Assembly: GCA_963801165.1 (NCBI GenBank)
Contig: CAWDDT010000005.1
Location: 192,001-256,000 of the forward strand
Reading direction: 5' to 3'
Length of the DNA stretch: 64,000 bases
Source of the DNA: an uncultured bacterium
GTDB taxonomy: Bacteria > Actinomycetota > Acidimicrobiia > Spongiisociales > UBA5794
A model generated the notes under the pieces. The model was not told the origin of the DNA. It ran no database searches and saw only the letters and a program-made list of their open reading frames with translations. Of the stretch, positions 13,176-19,913 are shown in pieces. Position 1 is the stretch's first letter. Every line of letters starts with the position of its first letter. A program made the translations under genes and the position numbers.

Positions 13176-14719
13176 CCTTCGACCGTCGTCGTGGTCGTGC
13201 TGCCCTCCTGGAACCCGACGACCACACGGTCGCCCTCGTTGAGCTCGCCGTCGGTCGGGGAGACCTCCACCATCCCGCCCGGAGCGGACAAACCCGGCGT
13301 CACCGTCACCACTCTGGTAGACCCGTCGTCACTCTCAACAGTGACAATGGTGTCGCCGCTCCCCGTCGCCGACAGCGCCGCTGCCGGCACCGCCAGGACA
13401 TCGCCGCCGGAGGAACGGGTCGCCACCGGGATCGTTATCTTGACATTGGTGTTGTTGAGCTCGGCTCGTACCTCGTCGGGGACGATCTCGACATAGACCT
13501 CGTCGGCAGCGACGCCGTTGGTTCCGGCCGCTGCCGCCTTGACCGAGACTGTTCCACCGAGCTCGATGTTGAGCCGGCTGAGCTCGATCGTCACAGGGTC
13601 GCCTTCGTCGATCAGCTCCGCCTCGTCGACCGAGACCGACGAATCGATCGCCAGACGGGACCCGGAGACACGCATTATCTCGCCGGAAGCAAAGTCGCCC
13701 CGGCTCACCGTGACCGTGTCAACACGGATCGGGAACACCTTGAAGAACATGAACTCGCCGGTGGGGACGGGTGACCCGACCTTTGCCCGGGCCTCGGCGA
13801 GATCCCCCGATGCCTGTTCGAGTGCATCCCTTTGCGCACTGATGTCCTGAGGAGGACCCGCCGCCTCGGCGGCACCGAGTGCGGTTTGGTATGCGGCCTC
13901 CTTAGCAGTGACCTTGCCTTCGGCGGAGGCAACCGCCCCCTGGAGCTCCGCCAGCTCGGCGTCGGTTGGCGGCTGCCCGGTATCGGGATGCGTCCCTGCC
14001 TCGGCTTGGGCGAGGCGATCCTGGGCGCTAGCCAGCTCGTGCTGGGCATCCGAGAGATCGGCTGCGGCCCTGCTCACCGCCTGCTGTGCGGCTACTGCGG
14101 CACTTCGCTGAGCCACGGCTGCGTTGTACAGCTCGCGGGTACCATCGACGCTCTGCAGAAGCGCCTCGACCTGGTCGAGGAGCGCCTGGTCCGGCGGGAT
14201 CGGCTCGTACCCCTGCGACTCGTAGAGCGCCTTGACTGCGGCCTCCGTATCGGGACCGTAGACACCGTCGACAATGCCAGGGTCGAAACCCAGCCTGGTG
14301 AGTGCCGTCTGCAGCTGCTGGATGTCCTCACCCTCGTCGCCGGGTTGCACCGTGCGGAAGAGCGGAAGATCTCCCTGGAGCACAAACGTGGGCCGACCGG
14401 CCAGCTCGAACAGCACCGAGCCTTCCGGCAGCTCGTCACCCGACTGCGGAACCTTCGTGACCACCGGGGACAGCGTCGGGTCCGCCGGCTGGGGAGCCGT
14501 CACGGACTCGGGCTCGTCGAAACGCACGGTGCCTCTGGTGACGACGTCGTTTGCGATGACCATGCGGGCCACGGGGACGGTGATCAACGATGCTTCAGGA
14601 GGTTGGGCCTCTGCGGCGACCTGCGCAGGCGACTTGATCCTGGAACCGGCCACCCAGCCAACACCGGCGGCGGCAATGACGGCGATGAGTGCCAGAACGA
14701 GAATGACTCTGCGCTTCAA
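13172..14719 (-). CDS. Peptidoglycan-binding-domain membrane-fusion/adaptor protein
   Basis: N-terminal TM, PG-binding motif GEDIQQLQTALTRLGFDPGIVDGVYGPDTEAAVK, a coiled coil and an MFP-like C-terminus (VLAVPAAAL...ELNEGDRVVV). Confidence 0.85.
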   Translation of the reverse strand: MKRRVILVLALIAVIAAAGVGWVAGSRIKSPAQVAAEAQPPEASLITVPVARMVIANDVVTRGTVRFDEPESVTAPQPADPTLSPVVTKVPQSGDELPEGSVLFELAGRPTFVLQGDLPLFRTVQPGDEGEDIQQLQTALTRLGFDPGIVDGVYGPDTEAAVKALYESQGYEPIPPDQALLDQVEALLQSVDGTRELYNAAVAQRSAAVAAQQAVSRAAADLSDAQHELASAQDRLAQAEAGTHPDTGQPPTDAELAELQGAVASAEGKVTAKEAAYQTALGAAEAAGPPQDISAQRDALEQASGDLAEARAKVGSPVPTGEFMFFKVFPIRVDTVTVSRGDFASGEIMRVSGSRLAIDSSVSVDEAELIDEGDPVTIELSRLNIELGGTVSVKAAAAGTNGVAADEVYVEIVPDEVRAELNNTNVKITIPVATRSSGGDVLAVPAAALSATGSGDTIVTVESDDGSTRVVTVTPGLSAPGGMVEVSPTDGELNEGDRVVVGFQEGSTTTTTVEG

Positions 14720-14749
14720 CGCCGACCTCTCGTTGTCGTGACAGCCGGT

Positions 14750-15985
14750 TCAGCCATTGGCATCGCGGAAGGCGACCAGCCGGTCCAGATTCTCGTCGAT
14801 GAAGATCTGCTGATACTCCGTATAGATGTTCTCCTGGAGATCACGCAGCGGCTGCGAGCATTCGTAGTTGGCGGTGGCGACACCGATCTCCTCGTCGATG
14901 AGTGGCTGCAACTCCTCCATGTCGTACTCGGGCCCGGCGTACGAGCCGTCGCCGCCTCCGACTTCGACGGGTCCGATGGTCGTGGCCACGCCGCTGGAAG
15001 AGCTCCCTTCGCCCTCCACCACGGAACCGCCGCCTTCGTCGAACACAGGCTCCGGCCACGTGATCACCGCGTCGACCCTCTGCTGGAATTCGCCGGGACC
15101 GTTCTCATCACCGTAGAAGTACGCGTACATGTCCTCCTGGGAGGCATAGTCGTAGCCGTGGTCGGCCATGCATGCCGACCAGCCGGCCTGGGCGTCGACC
15201 ATCCGCGGATCGGATTCCACCCTCGTCATGACGTCTTCGAAGTCCTGACCGAACTCCTGCCAGAACTCCTCCTGGGCTCCGCCGCCCCCATAGACGTCCT
15301 CGGACGCTGTGTTCTGGCACCCGTCAGACTGCCAGTTGGAGTAGGCATCGTTGTAGAACTGATTCAGCTCGTCCTCCGTCATGGCGTCGAGCTCTTCCTG
15401 AGGGGTGTTGGTGATGATGTCCGGCTCGCCACCGTACAGCACCCGGTAGTACTCCTCCTGTTCGACCTCGTCCATCGCGTTGATGATCTCCTGGTTGGGA
15501 TCGTTGGCGTACGGGTCCTCGTACTCACCGCCATCCTGGAACGCCTGATCCTGGAGCACCCATGTCGAGACACCGAAGCCGTACGTCTTTACGTATTCCT
15601 CTTCGTCGAACGCGTCGCCGACGAAGCCGCCGCCAACGTCGGAGGGCACGAACGGGACGTACTCGAAGCCCTCAGCCGCCATGCACTCGGCAACCTGCTG
15701 CTGGACCTCCATCTCCTGGGCGCGCCAATCGGTGTTCTCGTCGAATTGCACCGCCCCGGGGATGAAATCCGCGAGCGTCAGCTCGCCGTCGTCTCCGGCA
15801 TCGACCGCACCCGAGGTGGTCGTCGTCGTGTCGTCCGTCGTCCCCGACGTGCCCGTCGAATCCTGCTGCGACTGATCATTCGCAACGTCGGACGCGCCGG
15901 TATCCGTTGTCTCGGTTGCCGTTCCCCCGCATGCCCCGAGGAGCAAAACGAAGGCCGCAACGATCATGAAAAACCGTCTCACCAC
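14750..15985 (-). CDS. Highly acidic lipoprotein of unknown function, first gene of the MacB-type operon
   Basis: Lipobox LLGAC, Thr-rich linker and two CM-x3-G[FY]xY repeats. Confidence 0.75.
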   Translation of the reverse strand: MVRRFFMIVAAFVLLLGACGGTATETTDTGASDVANDQSQQDSTGTSGTTDDTTTTTSGAVDAGDDGELTLADFIPGAVQFDENTDWRAQEMEVQQQVAECMAAEGFEYVPFVPSDVGGGFVGDAFDEEEYVKTYGFGVSTWVLQDQAFQDGGEYEDPYANDPNQEIINAMDEVEQEEYYRVLYGGEPDIITNTPQEELDAMTEDELNQFYNDAYSNWQSDGCQNTASEDVYGGGGAQEEFWQEFGQDFEDVMTRVESDPRMVDAQAGWSACMADHGYDYASQEDMYAYFYGDENGPGEFQQRVDAVITWPEPVFDEGGGSVVEGEGSSSSGVATTIGPVEVGGGDGSYAGPEYDMEELQPLIDEEIGVATANYECSQPLRDLQENIYTEYQQIFIDENLDRLVAFRDANG

Positions 15986-16105
15986 ATACCTCCGGGTTAT
16001 GTCGCCGAAGCGTACTGCTACCCGCCACCTACTGCCAGACGACGCGGAGCAGCCTCTCCACGATGAGACGTTTCATACCACCGCCGGGTTCCCGATGACC
16101 TTGCG

Positions 16106-16222
16106 CTATCCCGATTCGATCGTCATCGGGCCCTTTCGCAAACGGTTCCCGCGGCATCGATGATGAGGTGACACCCCGGCAATGAGCCCGACGAGGAAGC
16201 GGCGGCGCGACAGGTCGGTCAC
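16106..16222 (-). pseudogene. Short ORF consisting of little more than a twin-arginine signal; probable truncated gene
   Basis: GTG overlaps the TGA of the upstream SLH gene. Translates VTDLSRRRFLVGLIAGVS... and stops after 38 codons. Confidence 0.5.
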
Positions 16223-18129
16223 GGCTGCTCGATCGCCCCCATGGTGGGGGCCGTCGTCGAGCGGAGAGACCCGAAGAAGTCGGTGTCGACGCCGGTGAGC
16301 ACCACGGCCGCGCCCAATGCCGGGCTGGAGGTGGCGGGTGTGTAACGGGCGGCAGCATCGTCCGGTCCGGTGAGACCGGACACCGTCGGGGTCACCACCA
16401 CGCCCGTGCCCGATGTCGCCGTGACATCTCCGGTTTGCGGGAAAATCGGAATGCCGGGAGTGGGTGAGCCCGAGTTGTGAAAGGCGCCTGCCCATAGCTG
16501 CGGCCCGAACGTGATCGTGGCGCTCCCGGCGTCGTTCCTGGCATATTGCGGGTCCCCGCCCGTGCCAATGACGAGGTTGCTCGAGATATGGATGTCGTCG
16601 TTGCCGCTGGCACCACCGGAGGCGTTGTTGCCACTCTGGAGCCGGAAAATGGCGAAGCTGCTCTGGGTAACGATGGTGTTGTTGTACACCTCGGCGCCGT
16701 CGACACCCCTGATCTCCACCGCCGAATCGTCGCAATCGGTAATGAGGTTGTTCCGCACCACCTGGTCGACGCCCTCCCACTCGGGATAGAGAGGGTTCCA
16801 GAACGACGCCCCGGTGTTGCCCCCGAGCTGGAGGGCGGCGTTGCCCCGGATGCCCCGCACGACGTTGCCCTCGATGAGGATGTCGGCCGAGCCGCCCTTG
16901 AAGAAGATTCCGTGGCTGCCGGGGTCGTTGTCGTGGATGTCGTTGCCGACCACGACCGCCCCGTCGACCCCCACCCCGTCGATGATGGCGTTGTCTATGG
17001 CTTCGCTGACGTCGTTGTTCTCGAGACAGATCGTGCCCACGCCGGCGTTCTCCGGATTGTTGCGGTTGACCTTGATCGCAGCGCCCGGCCCGGACGCCAG
17101 GTCGTGGATGATCGTGTTCGCGACGTGGACGTGATGTACGTCGTCGCTCCCCGGGGCGATGTGCAGGTTGTTCCCACCGCCGTTCCGGATGTCGACACCC
17201 TCGAGGGACACATAGGACCCCCCGAGGCGGAACTCGCCTGCCCCGGCCAGGTCGATGATCGGAGTCGTCGCCCCGGCGGCGACGATACGTATCCAGTCGG
17301 TGGGGGTCCCGGAGTTGCTGATTGTGAGGTTCCCCGATTGCGTGTAGGTGCCGGCCCCGAGGACGATCAGGTCGCCCGGCTGCGCTCCCGACAGCGCTTC
17401 GGCGAGGGTCGGTGAGCCACCGGGCGTAACGATGATCTGGCGCAAGGCTGCGGTGCCCTCGGGAGGTCGCACACATGCCGTGTTTGCGGGCGGTGGCACC
17501 TCAGCACCGAGACCCAATGCCCGCGCCAGGAACGAGGCCATCTCGTCACGGCGGACCTGGCGCTGCGGGCAGAAGTGGTCGTTGGCAGGCGGGTTGCATC
17601 CCAGGGTGATCTCAGCCTGCCGGAGCCGGTCGATCTGTGCCTCGAAGACCGACCCGTCGTCGTCGGTGAACCAGTCTCCCGTCCCCGGATTGGTGTACCC
17701 GAAGGCACGCACCAAGAACGCCGCCATCTGACCCCGGGTAACCGGATCGTTGGGGCAGAACTGATCGTTGACCGGCGGGTTGCAGCCTTTGGTGATACCG
17801 GCTGCGGCAATTGAGTTGACGTTGGCTTCGAACACAGAGCCATCGTCGTCGGTGAAGGAATCGCTGCCGGCCGCGGGCAGGTCGAGGGCTCGTACCAGAA
17901 ACGCCGCCATCTGACCCCTGGTAACGGTGTCGCCGGGGCAGAAACGATCGTTGACCGGCGGGTTGCACCCCAGAGTGATCCCGGCTGCGGCGATCGCCTC
18001 GATGTTGCCCTCGTGGACGTTGCCGTTGTCGTCTACAAAGGTCCCGCCGGGTGGGAGTGCGGCACCGGCGGCCGAGAGACCGGAGACAAACAGAACGACG
18101 GATACGATAATCGGCGTAAGACGTCTCAC
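16219..18129 (-). CDS. Secreted protein with three SLH-like repeats plus a right-handed beta-helix (pectin-lyase-like) domain
   Basis: Signal peptide, 3x F-x-D...GIT-x-GCNPP-x-ND-x-FCP...[TR]R-x-[QE]MA-x-FL, then GDLIVLGAGTY and Asn/Gly-rich PbH1 repeats. Confidence 0.85.
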   Translation of the reverse strand: MRRLTPIIVSVVLFVSGLSAAGAALPPGGTFVDDNGNVHEGNIEAIAAAGITLGCNPPVNDRFCPGDTVTRGQMAAFLVRALDLPAAGSDSFTDDDGSVFEANVNSIAAAGITKGCNPPVNDQFCPNDPVTRGQMAAFLVRAFGYTNPGTGDWFTDDDGSVFEAQIDRLRQAEITLGCNPPANDHFCPQRQVRRDEMASFLARALGLGAEVPPPANTACVRPPEGTAALRQIIVTPGGSPTLAEALSGAQPGDLIVLGAGTYTQSGNLTISNSGTPTDWIRIVAAGATTPIIDLAGAGEFRLGGSYVSLEGVDIRNGGGNNLHIAPGSDDVHHVHVANTIIHDLASGPGAAIKVNRNNPENAGVGTICLENNDVSEAIDNAIIDGVGVDGAVVVGNDIHDNDPGSHGIFFKGGSADILIEGNVVRGIRGNAALQLGGNTGASFWNPLYPEWEGVDQVVRNNLITDCDDSAVEIRGVDGAEVYNNTIVTQSSFAIFRLQSGNNASGGASGNDDIHISSNLVIGTGGDPQYARNDAGSATITFGPQLWAGAFHNSGSPTPGIPIFPQTGDVTATSGTGVVVTPTVSGLTGPDDAAARYTPATSSPALGAAVVLTGVDTDFFGSLRSTTAPTMGAIEQP

Positions 18130-18156
18130 GGGTCTCAGTATCGTTGCCGTCGGGAG

Positions 18157-18585
18157 CTAGGCCTCATCGCGGTTGCGCATGTGGTCGGCAAGCTGGGCAA
18201 AACGAATCTCCAGGTAGCCGCGAACCGGCTCCGGAATGTTTGTGTCATCCATCGCCCCGGTCATACACCGCATCCACTCTGCTGCCTCGGTTGTGCCGAT
18301 GGCGAATCTCAAGTGACGCGCCCGTAGGCGGGGATGGCCCTTGCGCTCGGCGTAGAGGTTGGGTCCACCCATCCAGCCGCTCAGGTACTCGAAGAGGTTG
18401 CGGCGTGAGTTCCGGTCATCGGCCGGATGCAGGGCCTGTAGGACCGGCGAGTCCGCCTTGATGCGGTCGTAGAAATGATCGACCAGAGCCCGTAGCGGGA
18501 CCTCGCCACCGAGCTCTTCGTACGGGGTAGCCGCACCGCCCCAGGGGTTGCCCGCGATAGGCCGGGGTCCGGGGTTGATCCTCAA
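18157..18585 (-). CDS. Group II truncated hemoglobin
   Basis: PYEELGGE..LVDHFY, WMGGPNLY and GHPRLRARH motifs. Confidence 0.9.
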   Translation of the reverse strand: MRINPGPRPIAGNPWGGAATPYEELGGEVPLRALVDHFYDRIKADSPVLQALHPADDRNSRRNLFEYLSGWMGGPNLYAERKGHPRLRARHLRFAIGTTEAAEWMRCMTGAMDDTNIPEPVRGYLEIRFAQLADHMRNRDEA

Positions 18586-19037
18586 GTGCGCAGCTCGTCG
18601 AGATCGGGAGCGAGCAGGTCGCGCTCTGATGCGTCCTCGATCTGGCCCATCAGCTCCAATGCAGCCTCCAGGTGCTCATCTCTGCCGGCATCGTCCCCGG
18701 CGAGAAGGGCGGCGCGGGCGAGGGCCTCGTGGGCGTATGCGACAAAGAACGCCCCCAGCTCAGCGCGGGTGGCCGTCTCCAATGAGCGGCGCCCGTACTC
18801 CGCGGCGAGGCCAGCATGGCCAAGCATCGCGGCTACCCGCGATACCTGCCAGTCGCTGACGCTGAAGTTGCGCGCCTCACCGACCTGGAGCCAGTGGTAG
18901 CGCGAGGTGAACGCGGCCGTGAGCATCTCGACGTCATCATCGGGTGATCGTGAATCCTGATCGAGCAGCACCCAGGTCCGGTTGAATAGGGCTACGGCGA
19001 GACTACGGTGATCGATCGGTTCGGGGTCGGCGCTCAT
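18582..19037 (-). CDS. Conserved helical (TPR-like) hypothetical protein
   Basis: HRSLAVALFNRTW...SRYHW...WQVSRV...YAHEALARA. Translationally coupled to the globin. Confidence 0.7.
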   Translation of the reverse strand: MSADPEPIDHRSLAVALFNRTWVLLDQDSRSPDDDVEMLTAAFTSRYHWLQVGEARNFSVSDWQVSRVAAMLGHAGLAAEYGRRSLETATRAELGAFFVAYAHEALARAALLAGDDAGRDEHLEAALELMGQIEDASERDLLAPDLDELRT

Positions 19038-19172
19038 TCTGTCTCCGGTACGCTTTCTTCGAATCTAACGCATGCGATGGCCCCGCCGCGCCCGTAGCGT
19101 ATGTCGCCGCAGCAAGGTGTGGTGTCGGCGACAACTATCCTGAATACATTCTCTCGAACTTCGGAGATGACC

Positions 19173-19913
19173 ATGCGATCGATCGTTCAATATCACCGAC
19201 CTGCCGATGTCGCCGAGGTGGTGGCGTTGCTGAGCAGACCGGAAGTGAACACGGTCGTGGTCGCGGGCGGGACGTCGATCCCTCCAGACTCGCAGACGGA
19301 GACCGAGGTGGTCGACATCCAGGCAGCGGTGGGATCCGGGCTGGAGTTGCAGGACGGGCGCCTGGTGATGGGAGCGATGTGCCGGCTCCAGGACATCGTC
19401 GACAGCCGCCGGACTCCCCCGCTCATCCAGGACCTCGCCCGGCGCGAGGGACCTTCGACGTTCCGTCACGCCGCCACGGTAGGCGGCACGGTCGGCGCCG
19501 CCGATTGGGAAAGCGGCCTGCTGGCAGGCTTGCTCGTCTACGAGGCGGAGTTGACATTCGCCACCACCGGGGGCACCCGCGCGATGTCACTCGAGGAAGC
19601 GCTGGCAGCGCCGTATGTGCCGGGTGGAGCGGTCATCACCTCGGTGTCTATCGTGGTCGATGGCGAGGCGACCTTCGCCGCTACCGGCCGCACCCCGGCC
19701 GACACGCCGATCGTCGCCGCGGCAGCGCGGGTGGTGTCCGCGGGGTTCCGGGTCGCTCTCACCGGTGTCGCCGCCACCCCGGTCCTCGTCGATCCGAACG
19801 ACCTGGCGTCGCTCGACCCGCCCGGTGACTTCCGCGGCTCGTCCCGTTACCGAAAGGCGCTGGCATCGACCCTGGTCGGCAGGGCGATTGCCCGGCTGGG
19901 AGGTGCGGCATGA
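19173..19913 (+). CDS. Molybdopterin dehydrogenase FAD-binding subunit (YgfM/CoxM-like)
   Basis: AGGTS, FRHAATVGG, RTPADTPIV and DFRGSSRYR motifs. GGAG RBS before ATG 19173. Confidence 0.88.
   Translation: MRSIVQYHRPADVAEVVALLSRPEVNTVVVAGGTSIPPDSQTETEVVDIQAAVGSGLELQDGRLVMGAMCRLQDIVDSRRTPPLIQDLARREGPSTFRHAATVGGTVGAADWESGLLAGLLVYEAELTFATTGGTRAMSLEEALAAPYVPGGAVITSVSIVVDGEATFAATGRTPADTPIVAAAARVVSAGFRVALTGVAATPVLVDPNDLASLDPPGDFRGSSRYRKALASTLVGRAIARLGGAA

Noticed and set aside
13832-16066. 744-aa + strand ORF, and similar long ORFs at 58636..60114, 45382..46821 and the extensions of 4817..6796 and 50389..52410
   Set aside because: These are antisense shadows of well-supported genes, expected at high GC, with no domain motifs.
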